Shown: positions 29,401 through 38,818 of the stretch, piece after piece
Position numbering within the stretch: the stretch's first letter is position 1
Layout of the letters: each line of letters opens with the position of its first letter
NCBI GenBank assembly: GCA_031278395.1
Contig: JAITKM010000007.1
Coordinates: forward strand, 64,981-128,980
Direction of reading: 5' to 3'
Source: Deltaproteobacteria bacterium
GTDB lineage: Bacteria > Bdellovibrionota_C > UBA2361 > SZUA-149 > JAITKM01
Length of the DNA stretch: 64,000 nucleotides
Program-made: the position numbers and the translations under genes
The notes under the pieces: generated by a model
Told to the model about the DNA's origin: nothing
Databases searched by the model: none
Seen by the model: the letters and a program-made list of their open reading frames with translations, nothing else

Positions 29401-32070
29401 CAGCTTGCCATTAGCTTTAAAGCCAACAATATAAGCCAAAGGCGAAATTAAAAAAGTTTTCTTATGAACAACCGCCCTGCCACCTTCTGCCTCAAAACCT
29501 TCGCTATAAAGATTTAGGCTATATGTTCCTCTAGTATAGTCCGCTAGGTTAATTTCAAACTTGGTTGTCCCAAATTCATTGGTTGTTTGAACGGGCAGAC
29601 TTTCGTTAATTTCTTTTAAAGTTGACTTTGGATTACGGAGGGCATCAGTAAAATTCCAGTCTGGGTAAGCTTTAAAAATAAAATTAGTCGGCGCTAAACT
29701 AAAATTTTGTTTAACCATTCGATTTTGCGCTGCTGTACCAAATAAATTAGTTAGCGTCACCATGCCTTTAATTACAGTCGCTTGGCTCCAGCCTGTGTTT
29801 TTTTCATCTTCTAGGACAACATTAATTTTCATATTATCTGGGACAAATTGTTCCAGCTTAATAGCTTTATAGCCTAAATATCGGTCGCGATAGTTTGACT
29901 TAAGGCTGCCTTTAATTAAATAGACATAAAAATTATAAATTCCAGTTTGATATTCAGACTTAGTCTCCAGGCTAAATTCAAACAGCCCATCCTCTGAAAC
30001 AGAAAGATGTCGAGTATTAATTTCTTTGCCTAGAGGATCAGTTAAAACAACTTCTAGAGGAATGCCAGTCGGTACTTTAAAATTGCTGGTGCGCACCAGA
30101 CTAGCCACCTGAATAGTTTCGCCAGGACGGTATAAATCGCGGTCAGTCCAGAGATGAACTAAGACTTTGTCTTCAGTTGCAGTTTCATAATTTCCATCAA
30201 CTTCAAATTTAGTGAAATTCAGAAAATTATCCGAACGATTGAGAGGAATAAAAGATACATCCGAGCCATTAGTTACTACAAAAGCGATTGGTTTTTGCGG
30301 ACCTTTAAAACTGGCTAACTGTTGAAAAGCGACATGCCCTTCTGGGTCAGTTAATTTTGAAGTAACTTCTAAGCCGTTTAAACCTAGAACTTGAACTTTT
30401 GCCTTAGCTAAAGGCGTTCCGCTTTTGATGGAAGCGACAAAAACATCATATGTATCGGCATAGTTTTGCTTGGCTAACACGCCGATATCTGTCAGCATGA
30501 TTAATCTGCGATCTTTGATGTGAGTTAGTTTGGTATTAGTTTGCGGGTCATAGGCGTAGACGTCAATGATAAAAAGTCCTTTTTGGTTTTCAAAATATTG
30601 CGAGAGATTAAGAGCTGAATAATTAGCTTGAGCTGGATGTTGTTTTAACAGAGAAATGTTTTTCGAGAAAAGCTGCGCCAGATTATTTTGGTTAAAATTA
30701 TAGTTAGAAAAGTTGGGATTTTTGAGCGAGCCGTAAGTTTGGCTGATTAGGTTATTAATGTTGAGTGTATCGATTTTATAAATTTCGACTTGGAGTTCGC
30801 TTAACCCGCGGGACAAAAAGGTTAGTTCTTTTGTTCCGCTAGCCGATAAGATTGCTCCGTCAAAAGCGATTTTTAATTCTAATGGATAGGGACTAATATT
30901 AAGTAAACCAGTCCAGTCTTTGGACATGCTAAATTCGTCCTGAGAAACTAGACCTTGAGCGATTATAACTTCAAGGCACATTTTTTTTGTCTCTGGCAGG
31001 TCAAACTTAAAAGCATATACTTTTGAATATTCATCTTCATTTGGCAGCAGCGTGAGGGGGAGTGGACTTTTGCTCACCAAATGTTTTTTATCGATTTCTT
31101 TTAAATTATTATAAGAACAGCTAGCTTGAGTAGTTTGGATAAGGTTAGCTAGAAGTTTGTTTCTAAGGTCTTCTGCCTTGACTGGGGAGGTAAAGGTAAG
31201 CAATAAAACCTGTTCTGGCTCGTCATTTTTTTGTTTATTCCGCAGAATTGAAGTTTTAACATCGGCAACTCGAAAGTAATTTTCTATGTTTGGAATACGA
31301 ACATTTTGTTTAGCGGGAGTGTTTAAGCTAGCGCTTTGGCTAGCGTCTTTAATTTTGTTTAGTTCTAAATAAACAAAACTTTCTTGTTCTCGAATTGGAA
31401 CTGCAGCGGAGTGCAAATAAACTACAGTATCCGCTTGGGCATATTGTAGTTCAAAGTCTAGTTTAGTTTGATCTAGTTTGAGGGAGAGTTTTTTTTCTAA
31501 ATCTTGGCGCTGGATTGGGTAATTAAAATTTATCTGGGCAACAATTTTTTTTTCTTTTAAGTCAAGTGGATTTTCATAAAGTCGCAGGTTACTAATTTGG
31601 GCTAGCAAAGGTTGAGTTTTGAAAGTGTGAGTTAAACTAGCTAGTTTATGATTGGGTTTAAATGTTTTTTTATTAAAGCTGACAGTATATTCCTTATTAG
31701 GAGATAAGTTTTGGTTAGGGCTGAATTTAATTTTGTTTTCAGCTATCCAAACCCACTGACCTTTAGTGGCTGGGCTAATTTTTATAGGAATCGGAATTGT
31801 CTTATTATATTCAAGTTCTAGTGGTTTGAGGTTTTCTGAAAAAACGATTTCAACATTTTGTGGTAGAAGTTTATTATCTTCGAATGTGATTTTTGAAATG
31901 TAAAAATCAACTGTGGCAAGGAGTAGCTTGGGGCTGTGGTTAATTATGCAAATCGCTGAGAAGGTAATAATTAATAGCAAAGCTGCAAAGCAGGCTGTTT
32001 TTTTCCAGTGAGTTTTAGAATATGCAATTATTTTAGCTGGTTTAATTATTGATTTAAAAGAAATCTTCAT
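26416..32070 (-). CDS. bacterial alpha-2-macroglobulin family protein (YfhM-like), 1884 aa
   Basis: The size fits. A thioester-type CSEQ motif occurs in PYLCSEQITSK. There is an N-terminal TM/anchor. It sits next to a pbpC-type gene, as in yfhM-pbpC pairs. Confidence 0.8.
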   Translation of the reverse strand: MKISFKSIIKPAKIIAYSKTHWKKTACFAALLLIITFSAICIINHSPKLLLATVDFYISKITFEDNKLLPQNVEIVFSENLKPLELEYNKTIPIPIKISPATKGQWVWIAENKIKFSPNQNLSPNKEYTVSFNKKTFKPNHKLASLTHTFKTQPLLAQISNLRLYENPLDLKEKKIVAQINFNYPIQRQDLEKKLSLKLDQTKLDFELQYAQADTVVYLHSAAVPIREQESFVYLELNKIKDASQSASLNTPAKQNVRIPNIENYFRVADVKTSILRNKQKNDEPEQVLLLTFTSPVKAEDLRNKLLANLIQTTQASCSYNNLKEIDKKHLVSKSPLPLTLLPNEDEYSKVYAFKFDLPETKKMCLEVIIAQGLVSQDEFSMSKDWTGLLNISPYPLELKIAFDGAILSASGTKELTFLSRGLSELQVEIYKIDTLNINNLISQTYGSLKNPNFSNYNFNQNNLAQLFSKNISLLKQHPAQANYSALNLSQYFENQKGLFIIDVYAYDPQTNTKLTHIKDRRLIMLTDIGVLAKQNYADTYDVFVASIKSGTPLAKAKVQVLGLNGLEVTSKLTDPEGHVAFQQLASFKGPQKPIAFVVTNGSDVSFIPLNRSDNFLNFTKFEVDGNYETATEDKVLVHLWTDRDLYRPGETIQVASLVRTSNFKVPTGIPLEVVLTDPLGKEINTRHLSVSEDGLFEFSLETKSEYQTGIYNFYVYLIKGSLKSNYRDRYLGYKAIKLEQFVPDNMKINVVLEDEKNTGWSQATVIKGMVTLTNLFGTAAQNRMVKQNFSLAPTNFIFKAYPDWNFTDALRNPKSTLKEINESLPVQTTNEFGTTKFEINLADYTRGTYSLNLYSEGFEAEGGRAVVHKKTFLISPLAYIVGFKANGKLDYIKKDSQRSVEFIALNSEVQNVTVANISAVLVEKKNTVSLIQQADGTFGYQTVQHESVLEKNTTAIPQDKPLKIALPTAKPGEFALRLEDCDGNIISKVDYLVAGSSNLDFALDKEAELDLRLNQTEYKNGETIEMQITTPYSGYGLITIERESVFAFKWFKTEAKSTLQTITVPQNLSGNAYVNVSFIRDFDSKEIFMSPISYAVSPFKINLDHKKQSITLSGLPERVRPSETLEIKYQTAQPSSLILYGVDEGILQVARYKLPKPLETFFAKLALQVQTFQIMHLIMPEFRIVRELMAAGGDEALEMSASSLNPFARKDYQPVVFWSGVLKASSEVQTYKYQVPDYFNGQLRIMAVASNATSIGSTEKNVYVHGDFILTPNYPTHVAPGDEFIVSLNVSNQLKGSGDMVKIMVKATADDKYLELVENTAVWLEINEGSEKIVTFKARAKNQLGAGSLTFVATNQDSDKLPGKPAKISTVLSVRPAAAYQNEVLSGYEKKTISLNNFALNLFSAYRKQVINVSTSPLILAQGLLQYLEEFPYLCSEQITSKVFAAIMLAHKYPALFEKDGLEKLQNLYQDTINILQMRQVTSGGFAAWNNYGVVDKEHSVYALHFLTEAQRLNYSVPKEMLNEGVDWLKQLVGETPSNLESARLTGYGIYVLTLNEIVTTNYLLHLVEYLETNYQDIWQSDLVGAYIAASYKLLQDEQKAERIIKKYVIVKEKSGDNGFDSDFGTGSLRNAKYYYLVGKHFPLKISTLQEKGIENLLAPLKNRDYNTLLSANSILALTVLSDDLHFSDTITFKTTSQTGKEVTLEKSVKDLVSDFEFDTSVQKVEISASKPLYYNVVQQGFSKTLPSQAEARQVEIFKEYLDQSGNVVQQANVGDELIVNLKLRVLSSTKAESLDNLVVVELLPGGFEVVRDSLSTSLSLAQVNIRDDRVILFLSANSNTQQITFKVKLTARGKFVVPPTYVNSLYNNSVSACTSAGKFEVL

Positions 32071-32314
32071 TGTTCTACCTTTTGTTTTAATTTAAAAGAC
32101 GCAATTTTTGGTATTTACCAAATAGCCCATTAATCAAAGCGGACAAGTTTAACATAGTCTCTCTTGAATATCAACGAACGCCAAGATTTAAGATTAAGCT
32201 GTAAATAATGCTAACTACTTAGAAAAGGCTTAAATTATTACATCACTTTGTAACATCATAATTTGCGAATAATTGTAGTAGAGTGTAACATCTTAAACCT
32301 CACAACTAGAATTT

Positions 32315-32338
32315 TTAAACCACAGAGAATATAGAGAA
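32315..32338. repeat. intergenic repeat motif TTAAACCACAGAG, copy 2
   Basis: ttaaaccacagagaatatagagaa. A degenerate half-copy ttaaacctcacaa lies 22 bp upstream. Confidence 0.4.
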
Positions 32339-32475
32339 GCATAAGCCAAAGGCAATGTCCTTAGCAAAATTTGTAGTTAAAATTCGCTGTGATTATGTTT
32401 GCGCTACTACCAAAGGTGGTGCGAATTTTGTCCTACATCTGGAAGTTATTGGGAGTTAATTAAAGAAGAACATAA

Positions 32476-34821
32476 GTGAAAAAATATTATATTCTAGGTG
32501 CTGTTTGTATTAGTCTTATTTATGTTCTGTATCTTAGAGCTACAAAAGTTCCTCTTTTGCAAGAGGTGAGTTTTTCAACAGCGGTTTATGATCGCCGTGG
32601 CGAACTGTTAAGATTGGTTTTAGCTGCGGATGATACCTATCGGCTTTTTGTGCCTCTTGAAGCCATGCCACTTAAATTAAGAGAAGCGGTTTTGAAATAT
32701 GAAGATCAATATTTTTATTGGCATTGGGGAATTAACCCCGTGTCTTTATTACGAGCTATAAAAAGTTATCTGCAACCAACTGGCAGAATTGTCGGAGCCT
32801 CGACTATCACCATGCAACTTGCCAGAATCTATTATCAGTTAGATTCTTCTTCGCTTAGTGGAAAATTATGGCAAATGCTTTATGCTTTGAAATTTGAATT
32901 GCTTTATTCCAAAGCTGAAATTTTAACAGCCTATTTAAACCTTGCTCCATATGGACATAATATTGAAGGCGTAGGAGCAGCTAGTCTAATTTATTTTGGC
33001 AGACCTGTGGCTAAACTAACTTTTCCTGAAATACTGGCTTTAGCTGTGCTTCCACAAAATCCAACTAAACGCACACCTACTAGACAATCAGGTTTACAAG
33101 AGTTAGAACGAATCCGGTTGAAGTTAGCTCGTAAATTTCCAAATGAAGAAAATGCAAGCCTACCAATTGCTGCCAGAAAATTGCAGCAATTACCACAACA
33201 GGCGCCGCATTTTGTTAATCAGCTTTTAGAGCAACAAAAATATTGGGGAAAATCTGTCAAAACCAGTTTAGATTTAAAAATTCAAAAAGTCTTTGAAGAA
33301 CAAATGCGAACCTATATTTGGCGTAACAGTAGCTTAGGCGTTACTAACGCCGCGGCACTATTAGTGGACTGGAGAAGCCTGGAAGTCTTGGCAATGGTTG
33401 GTTCTAATAATTTCTATCACGAGCAAATCCAAGGACAAGTCAACGGCACAAATGCACTGCGTTCACCTGGTTCAGCAACTAAGCCGTTCATTTACGCTTT
33501 AGCTTTAGAACAAGGACTAATTCATCCACTGACGATGTTAAAAGATGCCCCGAAAAATTTTGGTTACTATTCTCCAAAAAATTTTGATAAAGATTTTATG
33601 GGCGCTCTCTCGGCTAGCGACGCTCTAGTTTTTAGTCGAAATATTCCGGCAGTAGATTTATTATTAAAGCTGGAACCGGGAAGTTTTTATAATATTCTCA
33701 AAACTCTCGGAGTGCGAAATTTAAAAACTGAGGATTTTTACGGCTTAGCTCTGGCGTTAGGCGGTTTTGAAATTTCAATGCAGGATTTGGCGCGCTTATA
33801 TGCTAGTCTAGCTAATTTGGGAGTGTTAAGAGATTTGCAGTTTGAAGTTGAAGCTAGCCGCAAGAATAATCCAGTAACCCGTTTGTTTTCTCCAGAAGCA
33901 GCGTATCTGACTTTGTCTATGCTGGAGCATAATCTTGCAGTGGACGCTCTGCCGCAACACTCACAAAATGTGCAAAAGGAATATAAAATTTATTGGAAGA
34001 CTGGAACTTCTTGGGGGTTTCGAGATGCGTGGGCAGTTGGTGTTTTTGGGCAGTATGTGCTTGTAGTTTGGGTTGGTAATTTCGACGGCAGCTCCAATAT
34101 GCATTTTATAGGTAGAAGCATGGCAGGACCTTTATTTTTTGAGCTAATTCGCGCCATGGCGGTTAAGGAAAAAGATTTAGCGCAGTTTAACGCTACACCA
34201 ACTGGATTAAATATTATTCAAACTAAAGTGTGCGCGGTAACAGGACATTTGGATACGCCAAGCTGCCCTAAAGCTAGGACTGTTGAATTTATACCGGGCA
34301 AATCCCCGATTAAAAGTTGCGCCGTGCACAAAAGCATTCCGATTAATATATTGACTGGCAAGCGGGCTTGTTTTTACGACCCGCAAAAAACAGTTTTGCA
34401 GACTTTTGAGTTTTTGGATTCTGATTTATTAAAGATTTATTCCAGAGCCGGTATTACCAAAAAGACACCGCCAGCCTTTGAGGATGATTGTCCGCTAGAT
34501 ATAACTCGAAATCTTGGACAGGTTCCGAGTATTACACTGCCAGCTGCTGGCGTGGCTTATAATGTTTGGGGTGAAGAGGAAATTTCGCAAATTCCATTTC
34601 AAGCTGTGGCGGATAGTGATGTGCAGCAACTGCACTGGTTTGTTCAAGATAAATATGTAGCAAGTTCCGCTGTGCATGAAGTAGTGTTTTGGCAAGTTAA
34701 AGCTCGCGATTTAAGCGCGGCGGGTAGTAGCAGAGAGTATGAGGTTAAAGTTGTGGATAATTTTGGCAGATTTGCAGTTAGAAAAATGAAAATAGGAATA
34801 ATTACCAAAAATACTAAATAA
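32476..34821 (+). CDS. pbpC: penicillin-binding protein 1C (bifunctional glycosyltransferase/transpeptidase)
   Basis: GT51 motifs (EDQYFYWHWGINP, GASTITMQLAR) and transpeptidase motifs (SPGSATKP, SRN, KTGTS) are present. Confidence 0.85.
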   Translation: MKKYYILGAVCISLIYVLYLRATKVPLLQEVSFSTAVYDRRGELLRLVLAADDTYRLFVPLEAMPLKLREAVLKYEDQYFYWHWGINPVSLLRAIKSYLQPTGRIVGASTITMQLARIYYQLDSSSLSGKLWQMLYALKFELLYSKAEILTAYLNLAPYGHNIEGVGAASLIYFGRPVAKLTFPEILALAVLPQNPTKRTPTRQSGLQELERIRLKLARKFPNEENASLPIAARKLQQLPQQAPHFVNQLLEQQKYWGKSVKTSLDLKIQKVFEEQMRTYIWRNSSLGVTNAAALLVDWRSLEVLAMVGSNNFYHEQIQGQVNGTNALRSPGSATKPFIYALALEQGLIHPLTMLKDAPKNFGYYSPKNFDKDFMGALSASDALVFSRNIPAVDLLLKLEPGSFYNILKTLGVRNLKTEDFYGLALALGGFEISMQDLARLYASLANLGVLRDLQFEVEASRKNNPVTRLFSPEAAYLTLSMLEHNLAVDALPQHSQNVQKEYKIYWKTGTSWGFRDAWAVGVFGQYVLVVWVGNFDGSSNMHFIGRSMAGPLFFELIRAMAVKEKDLAQFNATPTGLNIIQTKVCAVTGHLDTPSCPKARTVEFIPGKSPIKSCAVHKSIPINILTGKRACFYDPQKTVLQTFEFLDSDLLKIYSRAGITKKTPPAFEDDCPLDITRNLGQVPSITLPAAGVAYNVWGEEEISQIPFQAVADSDVQQLHWFVQDKYVASSAVHEVVFWQVKARDLSAAGSSREYEVKVVDNFGRFAVRKMKIGIITKNTK

Positions 34822-35107
34822 AGTAATTATGCAAGCCACACACTATTATTGCTCCATTGATGTTTGGGGAATGTTTGATAAAAAATCGAAAATACTGATT
34901 TTTAGTTTACAAGAATCAAAATTTGTTTAAAACTTACTAAACTAGCTAAAAATATTAATAAAACAATTATCTATTAAAAAACACAAGAAAGCATAAACTA
35001 TAAAAAAATTATACTTGATATTAATCTATAAACTACATATTATCCACCCCGTTTTCATTTTAGAATTTGTTTATTATTCATCTTACAATAATTAAAAGGA
35101 GTCCGTC

Positions 35108-35683
35108 GTGTTTAGAAAATTTTTCATTACAACATTATTCTTAGCTTTATCAACTGCCGGCTTAACTAGTTGCACACAATCAACAGGTAGCGGAACTGGT
35201 GAAGGCTATGAAGAAGGCTATGACTATACAACAGGACAAGACTTTGCTGACAGTGCGTCTTCTGGTAACGAAAATCCAGAACTTGCCGCGCGCTTTGATG
35301 GCGCTAATATTCCTAATCCAGAAAAAGACGCAAACAGCAAATTTAATGACGTCCATTTTGGTTACGATTCATCAAAAATTAGCCAAGAAGATTTAGATAC
35401 TATCAAAGCGGTTACTGAATATCTAACTAATAATCCAACAGTCGTAGTTGAACTAGAAGGACATTGCGACAAACGCGGAACAAGCGAGTATAACCTAGCA
35501 CTTGGTAATTACAGAGCTAGATCGGTTGCTGCTGCTTTAGTTAAAAAAGGAGTTGCTGCAAAAAGAATCAGCACAGTGAGTTACGGCGCGGAGCTGCCTT
35601 TAGATCCAGCTGCCAATGAAGTTGCATATGCTAAAAACCGTCGTGTTCACTTTGTGTTATATACAAAAGATGCTGGAAAATAA
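35108..35683 (+). CDS. OmpA-family peptidoglycan-associated lipoprotein (Pal-like)
   Basis: Lipobox LTSC. The OmpA C-terminal domain is present (ELEGHCDKRGTSEYNLALGNYRARSV ... NRRVHFVL). Confidence 0.8.
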   Translation: MFRKFFITTLFLALSTAGLTSCTQSTGSGTGEGYEEGYDYTTGQDFADSASSGNENPELAARFDGANIPNPEKDANSKFNDVHFGYDSSKISQEDLDTIKAVTEYLTNNPTVVVELEGHCDKRGTSEYNLALGNYRARSVAAALVKKGVAAKRISTVSYGAELPLDPAANEVAYAKNRRVHFVLYTKDAGK

Positions 35684-35741
35684 TTAAAATTGACCAGGTT
35701 AATTTTTAATTTTGTTGTTGCACTGGATATGTATCTACCCC

Positions 35742-35764
35742 GCATTTTTGCTATGCAAAAATGC
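35742..35764. promoter_or_regulatory. perfect 10-bp inverted repeat with 3-nt loop (gcatttttgc tat gcaaaaatgc)
   Basis: Lies between the pal-like gene and the first moxR. It could be an operator or a weak terminator. Confidence 0.3.
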
Positions 35765-35911
35765 CTCCTACAAAAAATGTAAAGGATATTTACTTCACAA
35801 ATTCCTCTGCATTTTTACTTCAACACCACTTAGGTGGTATTGAAGCCTATTCTAGGAGGGAACTTGTGGAGTTTTACTTGTTGTAACAACACCGTAAAAA
35901 GTCTGTTTCTC

Positions 35912-36901
35912 ATGTCTAATATTCAACAACAAATCAACGATAGTCTGAAAATTGTTCAAAAAATCAACGAGTCCATCTCCAAAACAGTTATTGGACAGCC
36001 AGAACTAAAACGTAAACTTGTCATGGCTTTGCTCACCGATGGGCATGTTCTCTTAGAAGGCGTGCCGGGACTTGCCAAAACTTTGTCGATAAAAGCCTTA
36101 GCTAGCGCTGTGCAAGGTAGTTTCCAACGTATTCAATTTACGCCAGATTTATTGCCAGCTGATTTAATCGGAACAGAAATTTACCGACACCAAGATGGAA
36201 TGTTTCTTGTTCGCAAAGGTCCACTTTTCGCTAATTTCATTTTAGCGGATGAAATCAATCGCGCCCCTGCCAAAGTGCAGTCAGCTTTGCTAGAAACTAT
36301 GCAAGAAAAACAAGTTACAATTGGTAATCAAACCTATAAAGTGCCAGACCCATTTTTTGTGTTAGCCACGCAAAATCCAATTGAACAAGAAGGAACCTAT
36401 CCGCTCCCCGAAGCCCAGATTGATAGGTTTATCATGAAAATCAAAGTTACATATCCTCATCCAGAAGAGGAAATAAAAATTTTAGATTCTTATACTAATA
36501 GCAGAACACAAGACACAACAGACACGGAACGGACTGTCGTCAGCCTAGATGATCTGGCGACTATTAAGGAAGTCTCTCAGCAGGTTTATACAGATGATAA
36601 AATCAAACAATATATTATGAATATCGTACAAGCCACCAGATCTGGCGCAACTCTTGAGAATAAACATCTGACTAACCTAATTTATACAGGAGCCTCACCG
36701 CGAGCCACCATTGCCCTCTTTTTGTGCTCACGAGCTTTAGCTTATTTAGAAGGCAGTACTTTTGTTGTGCCGCAACATGTCAAAGACGTAGCTCATGATG
36801 TTTTGCGACATCGAGTTATTTTATCCTATGAGGCAGAAGCCGAAGGTTTAAATACAGATAAAATTATTTCCATGATTTTAGAACAAGTTCCAGTCCCATA
36901 A
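35912..36901 (+). CDS. MoxR-family AAA+ ATPase
   Basis: Walker A (GVPGLAKT), Walker B (ILADEINRAP) and MoxR-typical length. The start was set at the internal ATG (MSNIQQQ...). Confidence 0.9.
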   Translation: MSNIQQQINDSLKIVQKINESISKTVIGQPELKRKLVMALLTDGHVLLEGVPGLAKTLSIKALASAVQGSFQRIQFTPDLLPADLIGTEIYRHQDGMFLVRKGPLFANFILADEINRAPAKVQSALLETMQEKQVTIGNQTYKVPDPFFVLATQNPIEQEGTYPLPEAQIDRFIMKIKVTYPHPEEEIKILDSYTNSRTQDTTDTERTVVSLDDLATIKEVSQQVYTDDKIKQYIMNIVQATRSGATLENKHLTNLIYTGASPRATIALFLCSRALAYLEGSTFVVPQHVKDVAHDVLRHRVILSYEAEAEGLNTDKIISMILEQVPVP

Positions 36902-36911
36902 TGTAATAGCC

Positions 36912-38000
36912 ATGAATCTATCACCAGAAATCATCGCCGAGTTAAAGACACTTCAAATCACCACCAAAAAATTGGTCACTGCTTCAATTTCTGGGCAGTA
37001 TCGCAGTGTTTTTAAGGGGCGTGGTATTGAATTTGAGGACTTAAAAAACTATCAAGCAGGAGATGATGTGCGCACGATAGATTGGAAAGTTACTGCCCGT
37101 TCGCAACATCCATATATTCGCACTTACCGCGAAGAACGCGAGTTAAATGTGGTGGTGGCGGTTGATATTAGCGGCTCAACGAGCACTGGTTTGCAAGACA
37201 AGTTAAAGAAAGACTTAATTGCTCAAGTTGGGGCAAGTCTTGCGTTAATCGCGCTAAATAACAATGATAAAATTGGGTTAGTAACTTTCTCTGATAAAAT
37301 TGAACAGTATCTTCCGCCACGTAAAGCCCGAAGTGCTGTTTGGCAAATTGGGCAAAAAGTTTTGGCGCCCCATCAAGTTCAAACTCAAGCTCAAACTAAA
37401 TTAGAGATAGTTTTTAATTTTTTAGCTAAGGTTTTAAAACAGCGGGCGATCATTTTTGTCATTTCCGATTTTTTAGATTCTGGTTATGAAAAATCTTTAG
37501 TTCACCTTACTAAAAAACACGACTTAACAACTATTGTGGTAGAAACGCCGATAGATTTAATTCCAGTTCCAAGCAGTAGCTCAAAAGTTGTTAAGTCTGA
37601 CTCAAATCTTCTAAACCAATTCCTCAATACTATGCCAGAAGTAAAACATGCTCTTTCTTACACGCTAGCTCAAGCTAAGAAGCATCCGACTTATAATTCT
37701 TTTCAACCTGCATTAAATTCGACTTTAAATTCTTTACGTTCGACTAGTTTAAAAATACCAAATTCTAAATCTTCCTTAATTAATGTGGTAGATCCAGAAT
37801 CTGGAGCAGAATATACTTTAGATTTTTCAGACAAAGCTTTTCGAGAAAGTTATCTGCAAGCCTATCAGCAAAATAAACAATTGCTGCATGAGTTATTTTC
37901 AAGAAACAAAATTAACGTTATTGAGTTAAGAACTGACGAGCCATTTATGCCTAAATTAAAGGCTTACTTTAATAGTAAGCTAAAGCAGCAACATCCATAA
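36912..38000 (+). CDS. DUF58 (vWA-like) domain protein, MoxR partner
   Basis: DWKVTARSQHPYIRTYREERELNVVVAVDISGS is the DUF58 signature. The gene is immediately downstream of moxR. Confidence 0.8.
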   Translation: MNLSPEIIAELKTLQITTKKLVTASISGQYRSVFKGRGIEFEDLKNYQAGDDVRTIDWKVTARSQHPYIRTYREERELNVVVAVDISGSTSTGLQDKLKKDLIAQVGASLALIALNNNDKIGLVTFSDKIEQYLPPRKARSAVWQIGQKVLAPHQVQTQAQTKLEIVFNFLAKVLKQRAIIFVISDFLDSGYEKSLVHLTKKHDLTTIVVETPIDLIPVPSSSSKVVKSDSNLLNQFLNTMPEVKHALSYTLAQAKKHPTYNSFQPALNSTLNSLRSTSLKIPNSKSSLINVVDPESGAEYTLDFSDKAFRESYLQAYQQNKQLLHELFSRNKINVIELRTDEPFMPKLKAYFNSKLKQQHP

Positions 38001-38001
38001 T

Positions 38002-38619
38002 ATGCCAATAGCTTCTGAAAAAATTTCTACTCTGCATGATGCCCGTCTGGGGTTTGCGGATATTGCTCCGTTGCCACATTTTAAATACTCTTTTTGGACA
38101 ACGGAGAGTGTAAGTATTTTAATACTTTCTCTAGCCACAGTGATTTTAACATGGCTTTATCTTTGGCATAAATTTAAATCGCGACCTGTTGTCCTACCTG
38201 AGCTTTCAGTTAATCAAGTGGTGCATCAAAAAATTAACGACTTATTAAATTTAGTACAGACTGATTCAATTTCGCTAAAAGACTTAGCGGTCAATTTATC
38301 AGAAATAATGCGATTTTTTTTAACTAAGCAAATTAACTTTCAAACTGTTGGACTGACAGTGAGAGAAATTTATTTTATGCTTGCGGATAGTTTAGCAAAA
38401 AATTTACTTAATTCTGAAAAAGTAGAATTAGAAATTCTTGAAGCCAAGATAAAAAACTTTTTTAATTTAACTGAAAATTATATTTTTGCTAAATCCAGCC
38501 AGCAAACTGCCGAGCTTCAAATTGCGCTCATCAATCAAGCTAAGGAAATTATCGAAATCATAAATGGGGAAATAATAAAGCAACCCGATACCAGCGAAAA
38601 ACAGAATAAAAATATCTAG
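38002..38619 (+). CDS. membrane protein of the aerotolerance-operon type (DUF4381-like)
   Basis: A single TM and the position after moxR-DUF58, as in Bacteroides-type bat loci. Confidence 0.35.
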   Translation: MPIASEKISTLHDARLGFADIAPLPHFKYSFWTTESVSILILSLATVILTWLYLWHKFKSRPVVLPELSVNQVVHQKINDLLNLVQTDSISLKDLAVNLSEIMRFFLTKQINFQTVGLTVREIYFMLADSLAKNLLNSEKVELEILEAKIKNFFNLTENYIFAKSSQQTAELQIALINQAKEIIEIINGEIIKQPDTSEKQNKNI

Positions 38620-38818
38620 TATCGGGTTAGGAATGAATTTCATTATAACTTTTAAAGTAAACGATATATAAATTAAGATTGCTTAATCTTAGAATGTATA
38701 TCTAAGTCCAAGCAGGAGTTCATGAGATTGAATCATCTTTCCCTTTACTTTAGGAGTATCCCCGTTAGAGACCTTTGTCCTGAAGTTTAACTCTTCCCCA
38801 AATGTAGTTTTTTTAACT

